Below, one piece after another: positions 25,117 through 36,459 of a stretch of 64,000 bases of DNA. Every line of letters starts with the position of its first letter. Positions within the stretch are counted from its first letter, which is position 1. The stretch is from the NCBI GenBank assembly GCA_039621445.1, contig CP154954.1, positions 16,448,140 to 16,512,139 on the forward strand. Reading direction: 5' to 3'. The notes below the pieces were generated by a model. It saw only the letters and a list, made by a program, of their open reading frames with translations. It was not told the DNA's origin and did no database searches. The DNA comes from Euglena gracilis. Lineage: Eukaryota. Position numbers and translations under genes: made by a program.

Positions 25117-27200
25117 TGGGGGGTCGTGCTGAGTGAACACCCTGCTGAAGGCGGGGTTCTCATCTACTTTTTACCTATTTTCTGAAAAAGTTTGACCCCA
25201 AATATTGACCAAAAAGTGGGTCTGCCAGACCCCCTTCGCCGGGGTGGGGTGGGGTGGGGGAGGGGAGACCCCCTGCCACCGGTCTTTAAGAAATCCCTGA
25301 TAGAAAAAAAAATGAGAGTCCCCTGGAATACACAAAGGGAAGCGTTATTTCGTGAGGGACGCATTCTGCTGTGCGGTTGGGGGCAATAGTTTTGTTTCCC
25401 TCTGCCATTTCACACCATGATCTCATCCGTTACTTCTCCCACGTTCCGTAGCAAAATTGGTTACCCAAGCCTCCTTGGAGCCTGCGCGGAGCCTCCTAGC
25501 CTGGTAACCTGTGCCGCTCATCAAAAAAAAGAAAATATTCAACTTCAGAATCCCCAGACGATCTGTTGAAATGCAAATGCATTTTTTGTGTAAATACCAG
25601 GAGAAAAAAGCTCCGAGGTTGAGCAGATATGCAAAATAAGAAAAGTATGGAAAATATGTAACTTTCATTGGCAGAATGCCAAATTATTAAAAAAAAATGC
25701 AAATTCCTTCCCTTTAATACTTTTTTGATTTATGCCAGAATATTGCAAGTTGTGCAACCTCTGTTTGTAATAAAGCTGGTTTGAAAACGTGCCTAAAAGT
25801 GCGGGGATTGCAAATTCTTTTACGACCTGGGGGGGTCAGCACTTGGGGCGGGCCACAATTGCAGGGAGGGGGAAACGCAACATGGACCCTCAAAAAACGC
25901 GATGCAAATAAATGAAAAATAAACGTAAAAAATGCAAAAAAAAACGATAATTGCATGTAAAAAATTTTGCAGAGCTCCGGAGCTACGGAGCTCCCCCCGA
26001 AATGCACAACGCCTTCCCCCCCTGCACATTTGAAAACGAGGATTGGGTGGCCAACGTTGGGGCGCCTAACTTACATTCACTATTCTCGGCGGGTCATATC
26101 CAAAAATAGGGTCAAATTCAAATGGCCCCGGGCAAGGTTGCACTTTGAGGTCAGAGACGTATAGGGACGTCAAGTTTGCAAATGCAAATAACCAATTGAC
26201 AATTCTCCGGACAAACCTGTTTTTTTTTTGCGACAACCTTAGATGCAGAATATGAAGACCTTTTCTGTATTTAAATCCCAGCCCCAAATGCTTTCAACCA
26301 AATTCTTATTCACAATTAAAACTTGAACGTCTCATAACTGGTTGTGCATGCCAAAATTTGGCAAACTCGACAGAAAAACTTCTGGAAATTTGTGAGATAC
26401 ACCAAAATTTTGCAACGTGAGTACGGGTGAGGGAGTCATGTCGCGCGTTCTTTAAAGACCGGGGAGGGGAGTCCCCTGAAGCATCCACTCTCCCCCCTGG
26501 GGTTCAACATTCGAAAATACCCGGATCCCACCCAAATAAAAAATCAAGGGTGGACATTGGGGGGGGGGGTAACCAACCCGAACCAACACCCAAACATTAA
26601 TACCTATCTCCAACAACAACCCATAATAAGCAATAAATGTGCAAAATTGTGAATGTTTCAATCAGTTTTTTGGGAGGCAATCCGCCTGGAGGTGTACCTC
26701 GTCTTACCACATTCCGCACAAAGGGCCACTCAGTCAGCCTGCCTCACCACACTATCTGCCCAACGTCGAAGACGCCTGGCCAATGCCGTGCTGTCTTCAT
26801 CGGTCAAACAGGAAGGCAGCACTTTGCAGGCCACAGGCAGCTGTAGCGGACACCAGGGAGGGGGAGGAGAGGTTTGGTTTTGGGGGTGCCGCCGAGGGGA
26901 AGGTAATGTGGGGCCAGCCACGCCAACAAACCGTCGTCCCAGTTGCCCAGGCCACGTGACTGGCATGGATTCACCCACCTCCCCCTTGAGAGGATGGGGT
27001 TTGGACTGACCCCCTGTAAACTTTCTGGGCCAATCTTTTTTGGCACCTTGGCAGTATCCAAAAAACATTCATGGATCTATTCAATGCGCTTTGGAAAAAC
27101 AATTTGGTGTCAAATGGCTTCTATTCAGAGGACAACAAAAAATTATAGCATTTCGGGTTATTGTTGTCCATCAGACTTTTTGGAGGAAACATTTTGTCAA
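25117..27200 (+). repeat. Duplicated block of at least 2.1 kb, copy 1 (copy 2 at 61902-64000)
   Basis: Colinear high identity from tggggggtcgtgctgagtgaacaccctgctgaaggcgggg to ggaggaaacattttgtcaaa, with small indels. Confidence 0.95.
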
Positions 27201-28055
27201 AGAAAATTGCTGTGAAAAGCCAGTAGGGAGAATCTGTCCAGTTTGGTGGGATCTCTGGGTATCCTGTGGGGTTTGATGCAGGTGATGGTGTCTGAGAAAG
27301 AATCCTGTTTGGGTCACTGGAACCTCCCCCCAGACTGAGGTGCACTCAGGGTCAATACAGTCCGGCCGGAAAGAGGTTTCAGACAATTCATTTCGGAGGG
27401 GGTCGATGTCCCCGAGGAGTTGCGGAGGTCCCCAGAAACAACCTCACATTGATTTCCACAGACACTATCAGCATCTGCCTGGTGGCGTGGACGACCGATC
27501 CACCTTCTCCTTTCCTCCAAAAAACTGACCTGCTGATTTTGCACAATTCTGATGAGGTGCTTTTGATCCCCCCCCTTCAACTTTGCGACAGACACAAACC
27601 CAAGGTATCGCAAGGACCTACTGCTACCGATACTAATGTCTGACATTGCTGCGGTGGCCTGACTACCGTGTCCACATGGTGGTCCCCTGTTTTATGTTGG
27701 TGTGAAATAACAAGTGTGGCCCACACTGTCCATCGGATGGGGAGAGGCCAAAGGCAAGTAATCGCAGAAGGGAGCCAACATTGCTGCCCAGAATCCTCGG
27801 AAAGGGAAATTTCCCCTGCGAATTCGAGGAGTGGCTGGGGTTTTCAGCAAGACCGGCTGTCCTGGCACGGTGGACAGGCCACGCGTGGCGCAGGGCGGGG
27901 CGCTAATGGGTCAAAAAAAAGCCAATGCTGGGGGGGGGGGGGCGCAAGAGAGACAGAACCACATGGGTTGGCACAGTGGCAGCACAGGGTTGGCTTGCCT
28001 CATATTCATATGCAAAAGTTGCAATTTGCCACCCCAGTGCCTGTGCATTGCCGTT

Positions 28056-29054
28056 CAGGGTTTCTCCGGTTTCCGTGCTGGTCGAGGCCAAAATGTATCC
28101 GTGATTTTCCGTGATTTTCCGTGAATTTAAACTTTGAATTTGAACTTTAAAAAAAAGTCAAAAATCATATTCCATATCAAATCATATCCCTCTGCCTCAT
28201 CCATGAATTTCCGTGAATTTTTGTGATTTCTGTAAAAATGGCCTCCCGCCTTTTTTCCGTGATCCTCCATGAATTTCATTTAATTTCCTTTTCAGGAAAT
28301 GGAAGGATCCCTGTGCTTTTACGCCGTTGAAAAACGATTCTCTTCGTTTCACATCATCACCAAAAAGGAAAAATTACTTTTCCAATTACAAATAAAGCAC
28401 AGCACCAGAAAACTTAAAAAAAGCATGGGGGTAGGTCGGCGCGAAAAAGAATTAGCGTCCTCCAAAAAAACTGGTGACTTAATTCTGAGGACATTCGGAG
28501 GAATCGTTTCTGATTGAAGCGAGCAATGCTTCTGCTTGAGCAGTATTCAGTGCTGGTCCGCCTGCATGGAGGCAAAAAAGAACAGCGCACGAACGTAGAA
28601 ATTGAACATCACAAATATTAGCAAAACATTTTTCATAATTGCTGAAGAGTTGGGGAAAGACTTCAGAACGGGTGGCTGATGTTTCTTTGGGTGAACATCT
28701 GGAAAATAATTTTGATTTTCGCCGAAATTCTGGTGACACCACTTTTCAGAATACATTGTTCAGAGTTTCATCAGAGAATACATCGTCCATTCATTACAAT
28801 ACATTGTCCAGAATCAAATATTTCATATCCGAAGAATTAAAGCAGACAACAAAACGCCATTACTTTCCCCGTCCAGCCTCACCCCTGTGAATGGAACCCG
28901 AAAGAACAAATTCAGGAAAACCAAGCGCTGTCTCCAGTCCACAAGGGGACAGTTGGTGCAGCAAAAGTATTGAAACCACCGCGGGTGCCATTCACACAAG
29001 GGGGGGAATTTCGGGCCAGGAAACAGCATTTTGCAATCCGGCGAAGCAACCCTG
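28056..29054 (-). mobile_element. Probable non-autonomous hAT derivative with a degenerate C-terminal dimerisation-domain remnant
   Basis: Imperfect TIRs cagggtttctccgg / ccggcgaagcaaccctg and subterminal ccgtgatttt repeats at 28099-28265. Minus-strand remnant LKSFPNSSAIMKNVLLIFV...KQKHCSLQSETIPPNVLRIK at ~28478-28670. No clean 8-bp TSD. Confidence 0.5.
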
Positions 29055-29336
29055 CCGTCTTCTCTCTCTGCTTGTGGTGTGAGTTGACCAATTCAAAATT
29101 GGCCAAGGGGCCAAACTGTGCGACTGTGTGTGTGGTGACTGCAGGCGAGAGAGCTGCGAAGTGCCCGCTAGGCAGGAACCCCGTGCCAGTTAATCCTAAC
29201 CAGGCCACTGAAGCCTGGGTTTGGCTGCGCAGGGCAGGCTCCAGACCGTAGGGCAGGGAGGTGCTTGACCCGGGTTTGGGGGGGAGGGGATGGTGTTGGG
29301 TGCCGGGCAATCCGGACTGGGCCAATGAACCTGGAG

Positions 29337-29613
29337 CAGGGGTTTTTTTTAAGACCGGGGGGGGGGGGTCCCCCCCACCCACCCACCCCCTGGCCCCCCC
29401 CGGGGGGGGGGGGGTTCCGGAGCCACTCAAAAATCGGGGAAAATTCCAAAAATAGCACCTTTTCAAAAACTCTCGGCGCCTTCGGCACCGAAAAGTATAT
29501 CCCACTCCCCCCTAGGGAGACCCGGGGGGGGGGGGCTCAGCCGGACCCACCCACCCTACCCCCCCTCCCCCCCCCGGGGGTCCCCCGTGTCCACGACTAA
29601 AAAAAAACCCCTG
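29337..29613. mobile_element. hAT-type MITE (277 bp)
   Basis: TIRs caggggttttttttaag / ctaaaaaaaaacccctg. Perfect 8-bp TSD ACCTGGAG at 29329-29336 and 29614-29621. Related short ends occur at ~11824-11897, ~25280-25299 and ~61817. Confidence 0.92.
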
Positions 29614-31249
29614 ACCTGGAGGCAGTTGGAAGTTCAGTGCCAAAATGTGCACATTTTCTGAGTGGTGCTGTAGCAAACCCGTCAGTGTGCCCAATGTGGA
29701 GCCTGATTCTCACAAACCAAGGGGTGGGGAGCGGAATTCTGGGTGCTGTCAAGGAAGGCACCCTCCCCCTCGGTTGCACCTTCTCCCTTGAACTTGACAC
29801 GCCAAAATACGGGTGAAATGCGGCCAATAAGGCGCCAGTGTATGAATGCTTGCACCTTAATATCGAGCCTGATAATAAATTTGGCTGGAGGAACATCTAG
29901 TTGTCCAGATTTTCAGCAGTCATTTTTCTGTCTCACGTTAATGTCCTGACATTTTCAGTTCGAACAAAAACAATGGATAAAAAAAATTCCCCAAAACAGA
30001 AACCACCACTTCGGCACAGGGGAGAGAACAATGGGATAAAAAAAATTCCTGCAGACAGAAGCCACCACTTCAGCATGAGAGAGGGTGACGAACGAGTCAG
30101 TCGCTCAGAGATTCAATCATCACATCGGTCAGCCTCCTCCCTCACATGAAAATACCCAGTTGGCAAAATGCACTCCGGGGTGGGTCACCTCGCAGACAGC
30201 CTGAGGAAGCCTCAGCAAGCTGGAAAGCGTTGGGAGAGGATCTCACGCCATCCTTTCCTGCCCCTTGGTTCCATCTTTACCCAGCCTCCCCACTCCGGAA
30301 ACTGTCCCAAGACAAATCAGCAAGCACCGATGTAGGAGGCAGGTCAGCAAATACGGAGAGGGGGGGGTGGGGCTGGGTGACAGCGAAAAAAGTCAAAAAA
30401 AATTCAACCCCAGCAGACAGAAAATCCGACAACACAATTTTTCGCAAGTTTGGGATAAGCTTGAAAGCAATGTTCGGAGTTCTTTTCAGCTCAGGAATCT
30501 GCTTCTTCAAGAAAAAAAGTGAAAATTTTCAAACAATCGTTGGGAGACAAGGTGCGGGGAGAGAGGAGGACAGGTGCCCCCAATGAAGACAGGTTGGCGA
30601 ATATGGAGGGAAGAGAACAGGCTCCCTGGGGGGGATTCCAACCTCAGAGTTTTTCAAAGGAACTATATTGAATTTTGACCTCGACATGTTGGCCAGTACC
30701 TGGGGACCTGGCAGTTTCGCTGGTGGGCTGCTGACAGGTTCTCGGTCATGACAGCTTACTGAGAGGGGGGTGACGGCCAATTCTTCGACCCATTTCTGGA
30801 AACGTCTTTCTGCAACCAAGCTCCAAAACTTTGGAAATTCTGCATCATGCCCTTGCTCCAACTTTACACCTTCCAGCCAGAATGGGTTGGAAAAACCTCA
30901 CGGACATTTTTTTCCAGCCTCTGCAAACCGCCACTAACCAGACCACCACCACCACCCCCATTTCCAAGTCAGGTCTGGTTGCAAGGAAGGAGAGCGCTCA
31001 AAAGGCATGCTAGGTTGCCCACCAATCGCACTCTGTTCTCTGGGAGAGAAAACATATAACAGGGCCATGACAGGCATCATATGCATGTGAATGAGCCGCG
31101 CGTCGGAGAGGGGTTGGTCATTGCACAGCAGCTCTCCACTGGACCAGGCGTAAGTTACATCCCCACAGGGAAAAATTAGGGGGAAAGATGGGAAATAATT
31201 CCAAGCTTCTTTTTACCAAACTCTGCGGGGACGGGGGATGGTCCTAGCA

Positions 31250-31415
31250 GGCTTCTGTTTACCACACTTGGGGGATTGGGGGGGGGGTTAGTCCTGTAAT
31301 AATAAAAAAAAAAACTTGCGCTTACCTGTACGGTTGGCCTAGGGCTTTCTGTTTACCAACTCTGGTGGGGTAAGGACCACCTTTATTAAAAAAAAGCGCT
31401 TACCTGTACCGGTGG
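31250..31415 (+). repeat. Degenerate tandem duplication, about 80-90 bp x2
   Basis: ttctgtttacca...aaaaaaaa..gcgcttacctgtac occurs twice. Confidence 0.75.
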
Positions 31416-32187
31416 GGGAGGTCAGGACCACCTAGCCAATTTTATTGCAGAACTACTTAACCCAGGCGCTGTCGGAGCAGCAGTATAATGTAGACATATC
31501 AAAATACCTGACCTTGCTTGAGTTGGGATGGCGTCAACTTCTGCCTCAACGCTGGTGTGTCGGCGTCTATTTTCTGTTGTTGTGTTGTGTATTGCCTCTT
31601 CACTGACAAATGACCCTTCCAAGATTTTTGAAGGAAGCTTGCACCTTCCCCCAGGGAGCTGGGAGCCATGGCAGGGGGTGGGCGATTTTGACGGTGTCAC
31701 GATTTGGACCTTACACTGGCATAGATTCTGTGTCTGTTGCAGGAGGATCAAAAGAGCTCATGCATAGTGTGTGGATGAAGAGCAAGAAAAAAACAACTTT
31801 CTGTTTGATTGGCCTCACAATTACGGGATGTGATCAGAACAGCGACGGGTTTCTTCTTCCGCTAAAAGCCGGGTTGAACAGACTGACTATTCATTTGCAA
31901 TTGAACCACTGCGGAAATGCTGCACGACTCACCTGGTGCCACGTCCAATTTTGACGGCAAACCATCCTTTGAAACCTGGCACGTACTCCACCACTGTTCT
32001 GTCAACAGAAAATGCTCGAGCTTCTGTTGTTAAAATCATTCTTTGGGTTGTAATGAGCTGATTTTTTCCATAAAATCGATGTTCCTTTGCGCAATTGCAC
32101 AAAAGAACATAGCACAAACATTCCAAGAGTTGCTGCTGCGGGATGCCTAGGTCCTGTACCGTACAGTGCGCCACCGCGACTGCCCTA

Positions 32188-33371
32188 CAGGTTGCCAACA
32201 CAAAAAACATACCCCCCCTGACAGCACAAAAAACATACCCCCCATCTGGTGAGTAAAGCTATAAGCAGCAATGCGGCCAATCAAGCGCTGGATTTGCCGC
32301 GAATGCAACCGTCATGCAAAAGGGCGGGATATGGGAAGGTCAGTAGCGGGTGTGTGACAGCCGGCATGCAGTTAGGCATGCTGTCATAAAATGCTTTGAC
32401 CTGTTCGGGGGAGATTTCTGCGAAGGCAGCTTGCAAAGCCAACCACAACTGGTCTTTGCCCGCAAACGCATGCCCACGCAACTTGTGCAGCACCATGGGC
32501 CACAAATGTTCAATGGGGTTAAGGTCTGGCGACTGTGGTGGCCAAACCCCTCCGTTGAAGCGCAGCACTCGCTTCCACCTCATCCACGCTGTGGTACTCC
32601 GCGCACGGTGGGGAGAAGCCCCGTCCTGCTGGAAGCGGTAGCCCGCAGTCCTGCACAATGGATTGTGAATATGTCGAATATTGGCGTGCAAACACCAGGC
32701 GTTTCCGCTTGTTCACCGAGGACAGTAATGGCTTCCTTGCTGCGGTTTGGCAGCACAAGCCCGCCTTCCGTAGGATTGTACGGATGAATTCTGGAGATGG
32801 TTTTGGCGGTATCTGAAATTCACACAAAAAAAGCATATGCATAACGATTGACAAACACGCCTTAACCACTGCCCCTGCTGGGCGGGCTAACAATGCGGTG
32901 CTAACTCGGAGGAAATGCTCGTCGGCGATTTGTTTGCAATTCCAAAAAGGGTTTTTCATTGCCATTTTTAATATACCTCTTCGAAACCTGTGGGAATTTC
33001 GGAATGGAATATAATTTATTGCAAACGTCGCACACCGTGCTGAATATTTCTTTGCCTTTTGCTGATTGGATCCCGATCCAACTTTGCGATCAAGCGTGCA
33101 ACGTTCTTTGAATCTGGATGCCATACCTGGGATAAGTGGCTGGTGTGTACAAGCTGGGTATATACCTTGCACTGTAGCTTTGGATATTTTCTCGTGATTT
33201 TGCAATCTTATTGAGCGACCAGGGTGGAACAAAAGAGAGATACGTCTCCACGCGCTTGCGCAAAACCGCTCTGTCGGCAGTGCTCATTTTTGGGGGCATG
33301 AGAGCAACTGGGGACAAAATGGAATGCGGAATTTGCTTTTTGGGGGGTATGTTTTTTGTGTTGGCAACCTG
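32188..33371 (-). mobile_element. Tc1/mariner (IS630-Tc1-mariner) transposon, internally deleted, 1184 bp
   Basis: Perfect 30-bp TIRs caggttgccaacacaaaaaacatacccccc (32188-32217) and its inverse (33342-33371). TA on both sides (32186-32187 and 33372-33373). Inner direct repeat cacaaaaaacataccccc at ~32225. Transposase motifs inside. Confidence 0.97.
32281..33299 (-). pseudogene. Tc1-like transposase pseudogene (D37E), three candidate introns
   Basis: Reconstructed as MPPKMST..., HTH region ISKATVQG|MASRFKERCTLDRKVGSG, ARKPLLSSVNKRKRLVFARQY, and FQQDGASPH...WPPQSPDLNPIEHLW. There is a +1 frameshift in the A-run near 33200. The first catalytic Asp region is missing at a junction near 32650-32670. 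Candidate introns: 33127-33165, 32988-33035 and 32813-32860. Confidence 0.92.
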
Positions 33372-33609
33372 TATGGCGCAACAGCCCATCGTGGCCCCTG
33401 AGGACGTCCAATGCAGATGAAGGAGTCATTCAGCAGACACCTGAGTCCCGGCGGCATCCACCTGACTGAACCCGACTGAAATCAGTGGTCACAAGGAGCG
33501 ACCGTCGCTCTCGTCCCCCTCTCCTCTCCTCTCTCCGGTGTATGTCCCGACCCTCTCCTACTTCTTCTCTATTCTCTGTCCTTTCTCTGTCTCTCGGCTT
33601 TGTTTGTCG

Positions 33610-33915
33610 GGGGGTGATGGAACTGCGGCAGCAGAGGGCGGGGAAAGTCTGTGTGCTGTGGTACGACAACTTCAGGAAGCACCAGATGCGCTCCACCCCT
33701 TTTGAACCTGTCCGCACCCAGGACTTCACCGCCATAGCCATCGTGGCCATCGTGCGGACGACCCTGGTGGCCATCCCGGAGTACCCAAAGTGCCCTTCCG
33801 TGGAGAGGGTGCTGTGCTACGTCCCGCTGGTGGCCAGGCGCCCAGTGCAATCAGTCCTGGCGGACTTCGTGCAGCATCACCAACATCGCTGTGTCCCCGC
33901 TGGATGGCAAAGCGT
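33610..33915 (+). pseudogene. Coding-like fragment of unknown protein (KVCVLWYDNFRKH...QDFTAIAIV), possibly transposase-related
   Basis: GC3-rich open frame following a pyrimidine-rich tract. A hydrophobic strand ends in a DN pair. No secure family call. Confidence 0.35.
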
Positions 33916-34189
33916 GGACGTTCCCAATCAGTACACTCATGACTTTGTTTCTTCTTTCTCATGCCATATGCCATGAAAAACAATAATTTTCAGTGGATTG
34001 CTAGCAGAATTGCGGATGTGCAAGCTTTGTGGTATCAACTAGTTCGCGCAATTGTCTTTACAAGTCTTCACAGGCACCGTTTGCGCAATTGTGATTCTAA
34101 TGTTTCAATAAATGTTTGGGTTAGGGTTAGACAGTTCGAGTAAGGGATGGCTCGACAACAAAATCTGAATCCTGCATTTTTTTTGGGTT

Positions 34190-34320
34190 GCCTCTGCGGA
34201 GCCCCCGTGGAGGCTCCGCAGAGGATCTGGGTAACCAGTCTCCACAGAGGCTCCGCGAAGGCTCCGTGGGTACAAACAACCAGCCTCCACAGCGGTTCCT
34301 CAGAGGCTCCGCGGAGGCTC
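34190..34320. repeat. Cluster of ggctccgcggag-like repeats (probably subterminal repeats of a transposable element)
   Basis: About eight degenerate ctccRYRgag units, preceded by telomere-like gggttagggttag at ~34118. Confidence 0.6.
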
Positions 34321-35109
34321 AGGTAACCAATTTGCCAGAGCATGGCAAGACACATGGAAATGAACGGGAAAATCTCAAAAAAAAATGGAACGCAAAAAGA
34401 CATTTGAGCCTCACCGTGCACAGAGTAGTGATGCCATTTTTGTTCTGGGGGGGCATCCCCTCCCCCAGACGAGGCCGGTGTCAAAAAATGACGCCAAAAA
34501 AGGAGCCAACAAAAAGTGAATTGTATGCCAAAAACTTGGCATTCAATGAGGTCCAAGTGTGAGGTGACAGGGGGGGGTGGCAAGGAAGCGGTATGTGTGG
34601 GGTGGCAGCAGGGGGGGGATGTGGGGTGTGGGGGGGTGGAGGGGGGGGGTACTGTGGGTGCACCACTTCACGTCATCTCTCACTTTGAGATTGAAAATTT
34701 TAGCACTTCGAGCCAAAAACAAAATAACAACAAACCCGCCCCCAAAAAGGCTGAGGGATGATGCCCCAGGGCAAATTATAAGCCGAAAAATACTGCACAC
34801 ACACGCATACGAACATTACTCCCGTTTGATAAATCTTTTCTGTGGAATTTTCGATACTGCGGGCAAAAATCACAAACTTTCGATCGAGGAGGGGAGGTGT
34901 GGGAGGTCGATGCTGCTGGTTTCTTTCAGGTTCGGTCACACAAATGAGCGACCCTGAAAAGCATTGGCGGGCGCGGGGCCCATTTTCCCTTCGAAACAGC
35001 CAACCTTTGCCATCGCTCCCCAACCATTTACCAAGCTCAAAAACGATGCCTTGGGTCGTTAACACTCGGAGAACAGGAAAAAAGGCCGAGAAATGATGCC
35101 CCAGGGCCC

Positions 35110-35158
35110 ATTATAAGCCGACAATATTATAAGCCGACAATATTATAAGCCGACAATC
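35110..35158 (+). repeat. 3 x 16-bp tandem repeat (attataagccgacaat); related single copy at ~34757-34790
   Basis: Directly visible. atgatgccccagggc precedes both occurrences, and degenerate (ccctaa)-like repeats follow at 35160-35210. Confidence 0.9.
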
Positions 35159-35829
35159 CTGAACGTAACCCAAACCCTAGCTCAAACCAAACCCCAACCT
35201 GAACCCTTAAACCAGGGCCCCACCTGCTGGTGAGGTCCTGGCGTGGTCAATTGCCCTTTTTCTGCAGTGGAAAGCAATACTCTTCCATTCACTTGCAAAT
35301 TTTCTTCCGTTTTGCACTCATTTTTTCCATTCTTGGAAGAGTTTTGCATTTGCATGGTTTTTTGTCTTTGTCCCTTTAATTCTTTTTCCCCAATTCTCTC
35401 ATTTTTTCATTTTTAAATGAAATTTTTCTTTGCATTTTTTCAGCACACTTTTGCACGCTTTTTTCCCTGAAGACGTCCAAAAGACAGATACAGACACTCA
35501 GACACACATATTGACAAACAAAAATACATCCAGGCAGAGATGGGAAAATCCGTGATATTTTTTTGCGGAGAGAAACTGGTCAAAACAGCATTCATTCATT
35601 CATTCATTCATTTCATAAAAACTGCAAAAAAAATCAGCTAATTGAGATTTTGCAACTACAAAAAATCTTCAGAGTCCCCTCACAGAGCTGGGGAGCTTCA
35701 TAGATCAGAGCTACAATGGGGAGTTGGCGCCCTCACCATAACTAAAATGTATTGCACGTGTTGAGAGCTGCCCTAGATTCACCCAATATAAAGATTGTGG
35801 GTGCGACATGGCTCAGCGGAAGGATAAGA

Positions 35830-36370
35830 CTCCATGGCAGCAACCATCCTGTAGCAGCGGTTGCCGACTTCTGCTGGCAATCAGGGATGGGACAATCCAA
35901 AAGCAAGAGCAGACCCTGAAATAAACGAGGAGAGTGGGGCAACCTGTGAATGTCCAATGCTCTCAGGCAATTGGGCTCCTTCAGTAACTCCCAATTTGTT
36001 TCTTGTATATCCTTGTATAAAATCCTTGTGTACAGATGAAAATTCTTAACATATTCAATAAATCTACAGTGTGCCCGGTAAATATCAATTTTCGGGAAAT
36101 TGTCACCTGTCAAATCAGTGAGTACGGAGGGAGGTGACAGGTCCCTATAAAGATAGGTCAGCGGTGCAGTGCTAGAAGCCACATTCTCCCGGGGAGTCCA
36201 GGTAGCCAACACAAAAATCCGAAAATGTGGTTTTTCCACACATTTGCGATCAGCAGCCAAAGAAATTCAAGCAATTTTTTTCGACTCGGGAAGTGTGATT
36301 TTTCGACAAGAATGTGAAAAATCTCAAAAGCATATAGGTTACAGGTCTGCGGATGAACCAGGTTTTGAAT
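35830..36370 (-). pseudogene. Highly degenerate Penelope-like element reverse transcriptase (C-terminal half)
   Basis: Ordered motifs on the minus strand: HPQTCNLY (compare SPxLANLY); HCTADL, in which HCTA are each one substitution from RYID (compare RYIDDL); VDLLNMLRI..GFYTRIYKK (compare FLDxxI..FxTxIYxK); and TFTG..VYFRVCS..LLQDGC (compare RxxRICS..LxxxGY). Confidence 0.55.
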
Positions 36371-36459
36371 AGTGCTGAGCTCTTAATAAGCGCTCACCCA
36401 CCCCTTCATTGACACCCCCATATAAACCGGCCCACTCCATGGAGCTCTGTTTACTGAAA

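Noticed and set aside
27450-27646. SLRYLGF..AKL as a LINE RT C-terminal motif on the minus strand
   Set aside because: It is a single short motif with no upstream YADD or other supporting domain visible.
34118-35210. TTAGGG-like stretches as a telomere
   Set aside because: There are only two to a few degenerate units, internal and embedded in dispersed repeats (a related copy is at ~26570).
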